Positions 28,967-39,387 of a stretch of 64,000 nt of DNA are shown here, in pieces. Position 1 is the first letter of the stretch; each line of letters opens with the position of its first letter. Source of the stretch: a virus (lineage: Duplodnaviria; Caudoviricetes). The DNA is taken from the IMG/VR virus record IMGVR_UViG_3300038345_000144; one strand, written 5' to 3'. Position numbers and translations under genes: made by a program. Below the pieces are notes generated by a model. It was given only the letters and a program-made list of their open reading frames with translations, was not told where the DNA came from and searched no databases.

Positions 28967-29761
28967 TTACTCTCCTACATAAATCAGTTTTTCAAGATAT
29001 TCTCTGTTCTCACCCTTGAGAATAGGCATTTCCTTATCAACAAACCACTTGCCGTTTGCATCCTTAATACAAGCAGTACCTCTCTTCTGTGTAATAGGAA
29101 ATTTATCCCAGTTAATGTTGTAGGTACTCCAGAGCATTTCCTGAATGTCATCACAACTCTTGTTGTTAAGTTCCTTGTGTGAGAAGTATGCCCTACCAAC
29201 CATCTGAATACTGTTTCTTGTAGCGTCCTGCTGTCTCCAGTAAACAAGGTTAGTAACCTCTTCCTTTGGAATGTTAAAGCAACGAGCGTCAAACATAGCA
29301 CCCTTTTCAAGAGCCTTGTAAAGTGAGTTGACATACTTCTTGTCCTCGTCCTCTATGTTCCAAGCCTCATTGATATAATCAATATCCTCTTTTGCCTTAC
29401 TTCTAAATATTCTATTGAATACCATAGTTGCCATAGAAGCAGAAATACTGCACATCTTCTGAACTTCGTAATCAAACCACGCTGAAGTGTCCTTCTTCTG
29501 ATAGTCAATGAGAATAAGAGTAATCTCATCTGACTGTGTGTAACCAAATACACAGCCCTGAATATTCTCACAGAGATACTTCATTGTCTCCTGCATTGAC
29601 TCCATCAGGACCATATCAAAAGGCTTTCTGAACCCTCTTGTAAAAGTGTGGAACGCCTTACCATCAATTCTAATTGCAACAGGCGTTCTTCTCATTAACC
29701 TTGTCTTTGGAATACCCTCATAGTATTCCTTCATTCTTGTACCAAGACTATCCTTTATCAT
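28967..29761 (-). CDS. thg1: Thg1-like tRNA-His guanylyltransferase / 3'-5' polymerase
   Basis: IRIDGKAFH.FT, YTQSDEI, FDAR, WRQQDA.RNSI. Confidence 0.93.
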   Translation of the reverse strand: MIKDSLGTRMKEYYEGIPKTRLMRRTPVAIRIDGKAFHTFTRGFRKPFDMVLMESMQETMKYLCENIQGCVFGYTQSDEITLILIDYQKKDTSAWFDYEVQKMCSISASMATMVFNRIFRSKAKEDIDYINEAWNIEDEDKKYVNSLYKALEKGAMFDARCFNIPKEEVTNLVYWRQQDATRNSIQMVGRAYFSHKELNNKSCDDIQEMLWSTYNINWDKFPITQKRGTACIKDANGKWFVDKEMPILKGENREYLEKLIYVGE

Positions 29762-29772
29762 ATTAAATCTCC

Positions 29773-29997
29773 TTAATTGTTTCCGTTACCACTCTGCATA
29801 ATCCAATATGCCCAAGCAGGAACCTCTGAAATAGGCTTGTCGCCATACTCAATAAAGGCAAATACCTTCAAAATGATTGTACCAACCACCAGTGCAACCA
29901 CCAGAACGATAGCAACAATCAGCAAAATTTCTGTGAAGGTAAAACCTCTCTTATTGTTCTTGTGTATTCTTCTCATCTGTTGTCTCCTTACCAGCAA
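29773..29997 (-). CDS. small protein with a prepilin-type N-terminus
   Basis: KRGFTFTEILLIVAIV. Confidence 0.55.
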   Translation of the reverse strand: MLVRRQQMRRIHKNNKRGFTFTEILLIVAIVLVVALVVGTIILKVFAFIEYGDKPISEVPAWAYWIMQSGNGNN

Positions 29998-30566
29998 CGC
30001 TTTGAGTCTACAAGATACTCATAGCCATCGAACTCAAGAATTTTCCACTTCATATTGTCGGGGATTTTTACAACCTCAAGGTCTGAAACCCTTGTGTTTG
30101 CCTTTTCCCCAAGTTCCTTAACAACCTCAATCAAAATAGGGTCAACTCGAATGTCCTTCTTACCGTTAAGGTGTTCAATTCTCTGCCTTTTAGGTATCTT
30201 CTTGGTGTCAACGACATCGCCAAAGTCCTTCTGTGTGTAGAAAATCTTATTGAACTGTTTGTGAGGCTTATCCAAATCCTGAAGTGTCATTTTTATGCAC
30301 TTACCATAAGTCTCTTCTTCAATAAATGAGAAAGCCTTGTTTGTAGGCTTAAACTGGTGGGAAGTATTCTCCCCATAAATGAAAAGCCCATTACGCTCAA
30401 CACAACGCTTACGCCACTCCTTGTAGGCTTTTGTTGAAATTTCAAAACCGCCGTAGCACTTGTTAATTATGATTTCCATTGTTATCTCTCCTTTTGTATT
30501 AGTTTTTATATTACACAGGACTATCCAACTGAATTTCCTGCTGTCTCTTACTTTCCCACTTATCAC
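29988..30566 (-). CDS. phage hypothetical protein (start probably MEIIINKCYGGF)
   Basis: INKCYGGF...R.DP.L.EVV.ELG. Confidence 0.7.
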   Translation of the reverse strand: MISGKVRDSRKFSWIVLCNIKTNTKGEITMEIIINKCYGGFEISTKAYKEWRKRCVERNGLFIYGENTSHQFKPTNKAFSFIEEETYGKCIKMTLQDLDKPHKQFNKIFYTQKDFGDVVDTKKIPKRQRIEHLNGKKDIRVDPILIEVVKELGEKANTRVSDLEVVKIPDNMKWKILEFDGYEYLVDSKRCW

Positions 30567-30912
30567 GAAGTTTCAGATAATAAGCGTACTCTTCGGCATC
30601 TGCCTTTTCTCTTTTAAGAGCCTCTCTCTTCATTCCTCGTTCCTTTAACCAAGCATCAAAGTCAGCCTTTGTTGCATTAGTAAACAAGAAAGACAAAGGG
30701 ATTGTCTTTTCAAATGTACCTGAATTGGTACGAATTCCGAGAAAATGCAAAAGGTCGATGTCTTCTAACTGTTCAACATCTTCAGTGAGTTCAAAAATTT
30801 TGAACTTTTCTATCTCAATGCCCCAGATATTTCTGATGACATCCTTTGCCTTATTCTGAAGGCGGTCATAGTCCTTAATGGTTTCCTTTGCTTCTTCGAT
30901 GTAATATCGCAT
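30511..30912 (-). CDS. hypothetical protein
   Basis: AAGGAG RBS, promoter upstream. Confidence 0.65.
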   Translation of the reverse strand: MRYYIEEAKETIKDYDRLQNKAKDVIRNIWGIEIEKFKIFELTEDVEQLEDIDLLHFLGIRTNSGTFEKTIPLSFLFTNATKADFDAWLKERGMKREALKREKADAEEYAYYLKLRDKWESKRQQEIQLDSPV

Positions 30913-31435
30913 TTGTATTCTCCTTTTGTGTTGTTTTTAACACAATCATAATAACACAAGAATTACAAACTTGTAAATAGCCTGAATGAAATCACAATAC
31001 AAATAAAGGACCCTCCTGTATATTGCTATACAAGAGGGCATCGTAATGGAAGAAAAAACAATGAAACAATCATAAAATACTTAAAATCGTTAAGTATCAC
31101 GCCTGCTTCGTCGCTGTGTACTATTATTTAACCATACTTCAGGGTCTATTGTAAATGGTGAAAATTAAAAAGAAGCCAATGGTCTCACACTGGCTCCCGT
31201 ATGTTTCTAAAAGGAAAGGAGGGCTGAACCTTTTGGGGATTAGAAACACTATTAGTATATATCATTTTGCTATATTTAGAAAGTACCTTTGCGAAAGTGT
31301 AATCTATTTTTAATTTTGGCGGTTATACTATCATTTGTAATCTAATTGTAATATAAATGACACATAACTCCTTATCATTATATTGACATTTAGAAAATAA
31401 GATGCTATATTATAATCATTAAAAGAAAGGAAGAC

Positions 31436-31774
31436 TTGAAAATGAATACAAAGCGTTATGAAATGGACCGTGGAGCAAGAGCAAAGTTCATCGAAGAACT
31501 CGGTGGTGCAGGACTTACAATCGACATTATCCATAATGTTGATAAGGGACATAGAGACGGTCTTGAAAGACACGAAATCACAGAAAACGGTATCATCAGA
31601 ATATTCAATGAGGCTACTGGTAAGCATATCACAGACCTTATTGCAAGACCCGAACAGATTTTGAGATACTACACACAGCCTGACCTTTATGGAGAGCATA
31701 AGTACCCGAAGGGAATTCAGAAGGTTCTTCGTCTCGCAAAGGAGCATACAGAACTTGGTTTCAACTATAAGTAA
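31436..31774 (+). CDS. hypothetical protein
   Basis: First gene after TTGACA-17-TATATT (31383). Confidence 0.65.
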   Translation: MKMNTKRYEMDRGARAKFIEELGGAGLTIDIIHNVDKGHRDGLERHEITENGIIRIFNEATGKHITDLIARPEQILRYYTQPDLYGEHKYPKGIQKVLRLAKEHTELGFNYK

Positions 31775-32054
31775 TTATTACAATTTGATTACAAAGTTGA
31801 TTTTAAGGTTGGTTTTTAGAGAAAAAGAGCACATAGTAGTAATAGACGCAAGGAGAATAGATAGTATGACAATGAAGAAGTACAGAGAAAAGTTAGAGAT
31901 ACAGGCAAGGGTAAATCCTGGTCATAAGACCAAGTATGAACCCAAGCCCTCAAGGAACTTTGTTATCCTTTCAAATAAGGATAAGCACTGTTCCAGACAG
32001 GCTCGCAAGGCTGAAACCCGCAGACTCGTTGCAGAATGGTAAAGGAGAACCATA

Positions 32055-32408
32055 ATGTATAAGAAGCACGGACAACTGGTAGAGGAAGCCACCGTACAGC
32101 AGATAGCAAATTCGTTTATCTTGTCACATCACGCAAAAGAACGACTGCCTCGTTGGAAAGATGTTCCAAGCCTGAAAGACGCAATTCTGAATAACTCCCT
32201 TGCTTATTATAATACCGATGGTAGCATTAACATTGGAGTTGATGATTACAGATATATGGTAGTCGTAAAGAAAGATGATGGGGCATATCTTATAGTAACA
32301 TTAAAAGAAACTATATATGAGCCTCGCACTTCCATTTATGAAAGACGAGAACTTGCATTGAAGGGAATAGAACGCATCCCTAATAGCAGAAATCTATATA
32401 AACTATAA
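32055..32408 (+). CDS. DUF4258-like (RelE/BrnT-like fold) protein
   Basis: SHHAKERL...YYNTDGSINI...IVT; paralog of 32967-33305. Confidence 0.55.
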   Translation: MYKKHGQLVEEATVQQIANSFILSHHAKERLPRWKDVPSLKDAILNNSLAYYNTDGSINIGVDDYRYMVVVKKDDGAYLIVTLKETIYEPRTSIYERRELALKGIERIPNSRNLYKL

Positions 32409-32422
32409 GGAGAATATTTAGT

Positions 32423-32851
32423 ATGAAGATGATTTATTCCGATGGAGGACGCTCCCAGTATTTCAAGGCTCAAAATGTAGGCGACTGTGTTACAAGAGCC
32501 ATCTGCAACGCTACTGGTATGGATTATAAGCAGGTATATGACGACCTCAAGGAACTTGCCAAGAAGGAAAGAATAACCAAGAGGCATAAGCATAGGTCAA
32601 CGGTAAGGGATGGGGTTAGTCGTACTACCCTCAACAAGTATATCAAGTCATTAGGCTGGATTTGGGTCCCCAAGATGACCATTGGTAGCGGTTGTACCTT
32701 CCACCTTTCTGAATATGACTTCCCTATGGGTACATATATAGTTAGCGTATCAAAGCATTTGACTTGCGTTAAGGATAAGGTGCTTTATGATACCTATGAT
32801 TGCTCCAGAAAGGGCAACAGATGTGTCTACGGGTACTGGTATAAGCCTTAA
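32423..32851 (+). CDS. phage protein with GDC..RA motif (possible papain-like peptidase)
   Basis: GDCVTRAI...H..CV.D...YDT.D. Confidence 0.6.
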   Translation: MKMIYSDGGRSQYFKAQNVGDCVTRAICNATGMDYKQVYDDLKELAKKERITKRHKHRSTVRDGVSRTTLNKYIKSLGWIWVPKMTIGSGCTFHLSEYDFPMGTYIVSVSKHLTCVKDKVLYDTYDCSRKGNRCVYGYWYKP

Positions 32852-32966
32852 CGGGGAAAAACTGCCACTTGAAATGTATAAGAGAAAAAATAAGAGGGGC
32901 AAAAAAGTTTAACTATAAATGATAAAAAATAAAGCCAAAATAACAAATGTAAGGGGGATATAAGAA

Positions 32967-33305
32967 ATGATATTTGAAAAGCACGGAGAGTTAGTACCAG
33001 AGTCAGTTTTAATGGAAATCTCAAGAAATTACCGTATTTCAGCACACGCTTTAGCAAGAATGAAGGAAAGAGGCGTGTTTGCTAATGAGATTAGGCAACT
33101 TTTCCAGAAGCCGTTTATGGCATATTACAACACTGACGGTACTATCAACATAGCCGAAGATGAAACTCACTACTTCGTGATTAGTACAAAGAACGAATAT
33201 GGTAAGTACACGATTATTACCTATAAGGAGCCTTCTCTCTTTGAGAAGTGTGTCTCCTACAAGCGTTATTTAGCCTTACAGGGCATAGAACGCAGGATAG
33301 CCTAA
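32967..33305 (+). CDS. DUF4258-like protein
   Basis: ISAHALARM.ERG...YYNTDGTINI...IIT. Confidence 0.6.
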   Translation: MIFEKHGELVPESVLMEISRNYRISAHALARMKERGVFANEIRQLFQKPFMAYYNTDGTINIAEDETHYFVISTKNEYGKYTIITYKEPSLFEKCVSYKRYLALQGIERRIA

Positions 33306-33410
33306 AGAAAACGGGTAGTCACTATGTAGCGACTACCCTATATACTTAAAACTTGTAAGGGGGTGGTTTTAAGCCCCCTTATTATATATCTTTTTTACGG
33401 TTCAAGCAAC

Positions 33411-34355
33411 TTAATAGTTAATGGCATCAATCTTATTGATGAAGAAGTGAATACCATTTGAACACTCTTTCCAACGGTTAGCATTAAAGTCATCAGGATA
33501 TATCCATTCACCTTTCACATATTCGCAGTTTGTATAGTGATTATTGGTGAGTTTGACAATATCCGTTATCTCATTACCGTCCAAATCATAGAAACCAAGT
33601 ACCTTTGCCTTACTACAACGACACTTCTTTGTAGTGGCAGAACAACGCTGTGCGTCTTCAGGTATTAACAACTTGATAAGTACCTTTCTACCATACCATT
33701 CAGACTTCATATCCTCCCAGTATGTCAACTTCTTCCAGCCAATAAAGGCTCCGTCAGAAGGACAAGCCATCGAGAATTCAAAAGGAGGCAGGTTCCTTGT
33801 TCCGTTCAGAGACGCACCTGCTAAATAGAGAATATTATCTAACATAAGTATGTCCTTGAAATCAGCGTTATCTAAAGTTGCATTTATAAAGATTGTTTTA
33901 TATACATTCGTACCTACAAATGAAGCCATAAAGAAGCCAGCATATGAACAATTTGCAAAACCTAAAAACGCTTCATCAAAAATGCTGTGCATAAAGTCGG
34001 TACTACTCATATTAGCAGATTTTAAGTCCGTTTTTGTAAAAATTGACTTAATAAATTTACTATGAGCCAGACTACAATCCTCCATTTTAGCATTAGAAAA
34101 ACAACATCCGCTACTCTGTACGCAATCAAAAGAAGAACGACATAAAATAGCATTGGAAAAATCAGTATAGTTTAGTTGAGCATAATCGAATATACAGTTG
34201 GTCATTACGCTTCCTGACAGATTATATTCAGTTAGGTCCATACCAGTAAAATCGGCTCCGTCCAACTTTAACTGCATATCTCTCCAGCCTTCACAATCCT
34301 TCTCTAACCAGTGCTGGTGACGGCTGTAAAGTTTTGCAAATTCGATAGCGTCCAT
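33411..34355 (-). CDS. pentapeptide-repeat protein with a DUF5758-like C-terminus
   Basis: A(D/N)F/L pentapeptide repeats; CPSDGAFIGWKK..KCRCSKA..CSNGIHFF. Confidence 0.85.
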   Translation of the reverse strand: MDAIEFAKLYSRHQHWLEKDCEGWRDMQLKLDGADFTGMDLTEYNLSGSVMTNCIFDYAQLNYTDFSNAILCRSSFDCVQSSGCCFSNAKMEDCSLAHSKFIKSIFTKTDLKSANMSSTDFMHSIFDEAFLGFANCSYAGFFMASFVGTNVYKTIFINATLDNADFKDILMLDNILYLAGASLNGTRNLPPFEFSMACPSDGAFIGWKKLTYWEDMKSEWYGRKVLIKLLIPEDAQRCSATTKKCRCSKAKVLGFYDLDGNEITDIVKLTNNHYTNCEYVKGEWIYPDDFNANRWKECSNGIHFFINKIDAINY

Positions 34356-34765
34356 TATAGCAGACCTCCCTCTTCCTTCTTTTCTCTTCTATAACGAGAA
34401 GAGAACTTTTCCAAAATCTCATAAAGAGCAACCTCATTTATCTGATTTTCGCCAATGGGGTCAGCAACATACCAATTCGGTCCTAACAGGTATTCAATCG
34501 CAAACTTTTTGAACTCTGCGTCAGTAATCCCTACACCGTAAATGTTATCCTTATCTTCACGGTTAGCATACTTCTTTCGCATTATTCTTGTAAGTGTGTC
34601 CTGTCTGTGCGTATAGAACTCTTCAATCAACTGCTTCTGTGCCTTTGCCTTTCTTTTAACAACAAAAACCGCAATAGTAACAACAACGGCGATTACTGCT
34701 ACCAAAATTAACAGGAAAATGCAATACAGTCTCCAAACACTCTCATCATAAGTTACGGTAATCAT
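34355..34765 (-). CDS. membrane hypothetical protein
   Basis: N-terminal TM. Confidence 0.6.
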   Translation of the reverse strand: MITVTYDESVWRLYCIFLLILVAVIAVVVTIAVFVVKRKAKAQKQLIEEFYTHRQDTLTRIMRKKYANREDKDNIYGVGITDAEFKKFAIEYLLGPNWYVADPIGENQINEVALYEILEKFSSRYRREKKEEGGLL

Positions 34766-34976
34766 AGATTTTATACCTCTTTCCTGTGCTCATTAACTCA
34801 ATGATAGAAATTTCCTTTACATCAACCTTCTGTCTGCCATAAACTCTATGCAGGGTCTTATAAACACGAATAGCCTCATCCTTGTTCGGGGCATAGATGA
34901 GTTCGGTATCATAAGCATAATACTGGCAGAAACCGTCAAACTTTAATCGGCTTACCCTGTAAAACATACCTTCCAA
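34746..34976 (-). CDS. hypothetical protein
   Basis: RBS. Confidence 0.5.
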   Translation of the reverse strand: MEGMFYRVSRLKFDGFCQYYAYDTELIYAPNKDEAIRVYKTLHRVYGRQKVDVKEISIIELMSTGKRYKIYDYRNL

Positions 34977-35140
34977 TTTGTGTATCTCCTTTGTTATTCT
35001 GATACTGTAATTGTACCAAAATGACTACTAATTTGTAAATATCTATATACAACTCGTTTTCTAACATTAGGTATGTATTGTGTCCAAAAAATAAGGGAGC
35101 GACATAGTGCCACTCCCTGTAAGGTAGTATATTATAATAA

Positions 35141-35767
35141 TTAGTCGGGGTCTTTCTTAAAAATAAAGATACCGTCTTTTGATTTAGCAATTCCGTAGCC
35201 GTCCTGAATAGGAATAAAAACATTATCCATAAACAACCTGTTGATAATATCATCACCTGTGCTAACTGGTCCTAAAATCAAAATCTGTTCCATTCTATCC
35301 AACATAAGGGTTGTAACGGAACCACAGTTTGCTCTCTGGGAGGTCATAATGATTGAAGCACCTGTAATGGTAGCAACTGATGAAATAGAATACAAAGCCG
35401 TCTTAATGCTTTCAACACTCCTGTAATCGTTAGCGTTCATATAGTAGTCAATACTATCAATGATGATAACAGGCGGTTTATAACCCTCAATCTCCGTATA
35501 GGAGTTAAGTTTCTTTTCGCCAATTTCTCTTGCGAGGTCAATCTGCTTGCTTGCTATGTTAGTTAATACATCGGCGGCAGTCTTGGGGTCCATAGAGTCA
35601 AATACAAATTGTGTGTATTCTCCGTATGGATTGATGATAACAATATTCTGCTTTTCATTGAGTAACTCGACTATCCATCTTTTGAGGATATATCCTTTAC
35701 CAGTACCAGGTTTTCCACAGATTAAAGTATTAGTTAACTTCAAATCAAATTTGTTAATGAGTTGCAT
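35141..35767 (-). CDS. FtsK/HerA-like P-loop ATPase (stand-alone domain)
   Basis: LICGKPGTGKG, IIIDSID, MTSQR. Confidence 0.7.
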   Translation of the reverse strand: MQLINKFDLKLTNTLICGKPGTGKGYILKRWIVELLNEKQNIVIINPYGEYTQFVFDSMDPKTAADVLTNIASKQIDLAREIGEKKLNSYTEIEGYKPPVIIIDSIDYYMNANDYRSVESIKTALYSISSVATITGASIIMTSQRANCGSVTTLMLDRMEQILILGPVSTGDDIINRLFMDNVFIPIQDGYGIAKSKDGIFIFKKDPD

Positions 35768-35928
35768 TAAAATTTCCCGTCCTTTCGTGTTTTGATAGAA
35801 AAGCGGTACTTCACCGCCAGGTAAAAGAAGTACCGCCCAGTATCACATTCCGTGATTTTCTCATTTGGAGGATTTTTTTAAGTCCATTTGAGATAATTAA
35901 ATTATATCAGAACACCTATAAATTGCAA

Positions 35929-36408
35929 CTAATTATACAAAAAATCATAGTCCTCAAAGGTATCTCCCATAAGTTTTAACTTACCGTCAACAACCTTGAT
36001 AGAAGTAGGAGCCTCCCACTCTTCATAGTAGAAAAAGCCAGTCACATCCCCATCGTTGTATAAATATTTGGAGAGAAAGTCCAAGAAACAGCCAATCTCG
36101 TCATTATAATTCTTAATTGTAAAATGACAAGTGAAATGCACATAATAATCCCATTCGGTATCAGGGATTTTCTCGTAAGTAAGCGTAGGCTCGGAATACT
36201 CATTGAAGTCAGTCAAACCGCTACGAAGCATCCGAGTCCATCGTTCGGTTGTGAATAACACATCATTTAACTCAATGCCTTCCTGCTCGACCAATTCCCT
36301 TCTTGGGTTCTTGTGTGGTCTGCGGGACATCATAAAGTCTAAAATACTTATCAAGTTCGCATCACTTTGCAAATTAACTTTTAATTTAAGAGTTGAGTAC
36401 ATTCCCAT
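35929..36408 (-). CDS. phage hypothetical protein
   Basis: MGMYS...KNYN.EI..FL.F. Confidence 0.7.
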   Translation of the reverse strand: MGMYSTLKLKVNLQSDANLISILDFMMSRRPHKNPRRELVEQEGIELNDVLFTTERWTRMLRSGLTDFNEYSEPTLTYEKIPDTEWDYYVHFTCHFTIKNYNDEIGCFLDFLSKYLYNDGDVTGFFYYEEWEAPTSIKVVDGKLKLMGDTFEDYDFLYN

Positions 36409-36420
36409 ATTATTTACCTC

Positions 36421-37056
36421 TTATTCGTGCTGTAAATTAGCAAGTTCATCTATTGCATAATGTGTTGTAGGCTTTGAAGCCTTATTATCCTGACTTACAA
36501 CCCCACTAATCTGATTTCCAACCACCACATCGGTCAGCGTTGTTATCATCTGAATGGCTCCGTGATAATGAACACTACCACAATAACGAGCACTGTAAGG
36601 GATATATTCAAATTTTCTCTCATTTGCCAACACAGGCTGACCGTCTTCAATGGTATGTGTTGCCTTGTATCTTTCAACAGCATCAGTTTCATTTAATGCT
36701 AATATGATTTCGGTTTCTTCAGCATATTTAACATCTTCGTTATCTCTGCTGACAAACTTACTTACCCAATATTCTTTCAAAAGTTCCTCTGGGTCAATGT
36801 CAAACTTCTTATTGAGCCACTTATTCTGTTCTGCATAAGACCATTCAGGAACGGTCTCATTACAAGATAAAAACTCATTAACTTCTGCATCGGAAAGCCA
36901 ATGATAATACTCAATCTTCGTGTTGCCCTTTTCCCTGTAAAAACCGCAAATGTGGTGTTTTTTATTCTGGGTAAATCCTTCCATAACAAGGTTCTGTACC
37001 TGATTACGCCATTCCCACGACTGCAACCTAATTAAATGATTAGTGTGTTTTGCCAT
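36421..37056 (-). CDS. hypothetical protein
   Basis: AAGGAG RBS. Confidence 0.7.
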   Translation of the reverse strand: MAKHTNHLIRLQSWEWRNQVQNLVMEGFTQNKKHHICGFYREKGNTKIEYYHWLSDAEVNEFLSCNETVPEWSYAEQNKWLNKKFDIDPEELLKEYWVSKFVSRDNEDVKYAEETEIILALNETDAVERYKATHTIEDGQPVLANERKFEYIPYSARYCGSVHYHGAIQMITTLTDVVVGNQISGVVSQDNKASKPTTHYAIDELANLQHE

Positions 37057-37071
37057 ATAAATTACTCCTTA

Positions 37072-37371
37072 TTAAAAAATCCAAAAGAGGGAGTCGTTGG
37101 TACGGTGAAACTTCGCATCCTCGTCCTCTGTATAATGATATTTTTCTCTACTATGAATATCGTTGTTAAGATAGGCTCTACCAAAAGAATAGCCTAACTC
37201 TCGGAGGTGCTTACGGGGAATTTTCACAATAGTACCCCTGCCATTATCAAGTTTGCCAATGACATACTTGGAATTAGGTCTCAAGCCCTTTCTTCCGAGG
37301 ATGACTTCAGTAATCCATTCGGAAGTTAAAGGACCTTTGACAATCTCATATAAATAGCAAATAGCGTCCAT
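37072..37371 (-). CDS. hypothetical protein
   Basis: Packed ORF. Confidence 0.55.
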   Translation of the reverse strand: MDAICYLYEIVKGPLTSEWITEVILGRKGLRPNSKYVIGKLDNGRGTIVKIPRKHLRELGYSFGRAYLNNDIHSREKYHYTEDEDAKFHRTNDSLFWIF

Positions 37372-37373
37372 AA

Positions 37374-37700
37374 TTAGTCACCTACACAAGTAACTTCATC
37401 ATCATCAAACTCACCTGCATAAAGCAATTTTGCGATGTTATGAGCAGGACGAATTTCTCTGTTTGTATGAGGGCAATCACCCATAGTCAGTTCAAAAGTG
37501 TCACCCTTGAAAGGATGAACGATAAGATGATAACCAAAATCAGTAATCAGCGTAGAGTCAACCATATACAACTGGGTTGTACGGATAACTGGTGTATCAT
37601 CAGCAATAGCCTTATCCACCTCGGCACAAGTATGAAGCGTACCTTCAGGGTATGCACCAAAGTAAATGTGAAATTCCTTATAAAGTTCAAACTCTTTCAT
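37374..37700 (-). CDS. hypothetical protein
   Basis: RBS. Confidence 0.6.
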   Translation of the reverse strand: MKEFELYKEFHIYFGAYPEGTLHTCAEVDKAIADDTPVIRTTQLYMVDSTLITDFGYHLIVHPFKGDTFELTMGDCPHTNREIRPAHNIAKLLYAGEFDDDEVTCVGD

Positions 37701-37702
37701 AA

Positions 37703-37954
37703 TTATTTAATCTCCTCAACAAACTTATTAGAATAGAAACAGGAACACTCTAAACAATAAGACTTATCCCCGTTAAGATAATTCTTAAACTTGGCACAGC
37801 GATAGCAAGCCTGCCTCTTTTCTTCAGCAAGATTGATTGCCTTTTCCATTACTCTCTTTTCTTCCTCCGAAAGATTATGATTTTCTACAATCTTCGGCAA
37901 TTCTTCAACTAACATATCAGGTGTTTTCATTTTTATACCTCTCTTAATGGACAC
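37703..37954 (-). CDS. hypothetical protein
   Basis: Packed ORF. Confidence 0.5.
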   Translation of the reverse strand: MSIKRGIKMKTPDMLVEELPKIVENHNLSEEEKRVMEKAINLAEEKRQACYRCAKFKNYLNGDKSYCLECSCFYSNKFVEEIK

Positions 37955-38290
37955 ATTTCGGGTCTTTCTTCCGAATATACGATTTCGGAATGGTCGAATA
38001 CACAGTTGGTAGTGTTTCTTCCCCAGTATGCGTCATCACCCGTATCACGATATGTAAACGGGCAGTTCTGACAATTCTTTGGCATATTTACATCTACTTT
38101 AATCAATGACTAAATCCTCCTTAACTTCAGAGTCCAGTATCTTCTGGAGCATTTCCTTCTGTCTAAATCGAGGCAGGTTTTCGTATTCGGGATAATCCCT
38201 TGCGATTTCTGCTATTATTCGCATCTTCAAAAGTTCATCTGTGTCCTTCAGTGTTGCTAACAAATCTCTTACCTTCATTACTATATCTCC

Positions 38291-38935
38291 TTAATCTTCA
38301 TCAAAAAATGTTTGTTCTTGCATTTTGTCCGAAACCCAACGGCTTGTTGTCTTAACTTCCTTAATGATTTCGTCCATTTTCTTATATCTTGCACTGGTTA
38401 GCATCAGTTGACCCTGACAATACTGCTGAAAGGCAGTTGCAAAGTTTTCTGTGCCGTTCTTTCTGTCGTGTCCACGCTTACTCTTACTTCTTCCTCTAAT
38501 GTACTGGGGCTGATAACCGAAGTAAACCCAATGTACCCAGTGTCCGATTTCGTGAATTATAGTAGACTGTGCATCCTTTATGCTTTCCTGCTTTCGTAGT
38601 TCTACATATTCATCTTCGGATAATGGTTCAATCTTACCATTAGGTCTACAAATGATATGTACGAAACTCTCTCTTCTATAAAAATCACGGTAAAACTGTT
38701 CATTAAAGTCAAACAGGCTGGGACGGACATAAACTTCTTCTCCGTGGTCGTAATAACCTCTCCAATGCTTGTGCTTCTTAAAATAATCCGTCCAATCAAC
38801 AATTACCTTATTAACATCAAAAAGAATTCCTGTCTTTTCATAAATAATGTTAATTGCTTCCTGTATTACCTGTTCTTGGGTCATAACCGTCTCCTTTAGG
38901 TTGTTTCCTCGGTCTCTTCCTGCCAATCGTCCCAA
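38291..38935 (-). CDS. HExxH zinc metallopeptidase-like protein
   Basis: IIHEIGHWVH...E.FA. Confidence 0.7.
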   Translation of the reverse strand: MGRLAGRDRGNNLKETVMTQEQVIQEAINIIYEKTGILFDVNKVIVDWTDYFKKHKHWRGYYDHGEEVYVRPSLFDFNEQFYRDFYRRESFVHIICRPNGKIEPLSEDEYVELRKQESIKDAQSTIIHEIGHWVHWVYFGYQPQYIRGRSKSKRGHDRKNGTENFATAFQQYCQGQLMLTSARYKKMDEIIKEVKTTSRWVSDKMQEQTFFDED

Positions 38936-39336
38936 AGTTCTTCTTCGGTTTCTTCATAATACTCGGTAATCTGAATTGTATCTGTGGGGTCAGGATATTC
39001 CGTAGCACCAACCTCACTCCAATTAGGCTGATAATCTACTTCAATACGAGTATTGCAGTAATCACATACATACATATATGAAGTAGTATATCTATGACCT
39101 ACTGCCTGAACATAACGATACTTATGACCACAAACAGGGCAATATCCGTCATTCCAAGTGTTTGCCTCGTTGATAAATCCACAACATACCATTAAAACGA
39201 TACCAACAAGAAGAAAACCAAATAAGACCATCTTCAGAATATCGTCTTCGCTCCCGCCTCTCTTGTTAAGTCTCTTATTCTTATAAATGATTGTCATATT
39301 AAAATATCTCCTGTGCTTTCCTTTATGATAATACAA
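38896..39336 (-). CDS. membrane zinc-ribbon protein
   Basis: TM; WNDGYCPVCG..Y.CDYC. Confidence 0.6.
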   Translation of the reverse strand: MYYHKGKHRRYFNMTIIYKNKRLNKRGGSEDDILKMVLFGFLLVGIVLMVCCGFINEANTWNDGYCPVCGHKYRYVQAVGHRYTTSYMYVCDYCNTRIEVDYQPNWSEVGATEYPDPTDTIQITEYYEETEEELWDDWQEETEETT

Positions 39337-39387
39337 TCATAGCACAGGAGATACTAATTTGTAAATAGGTAAAATACGAATGTAATA

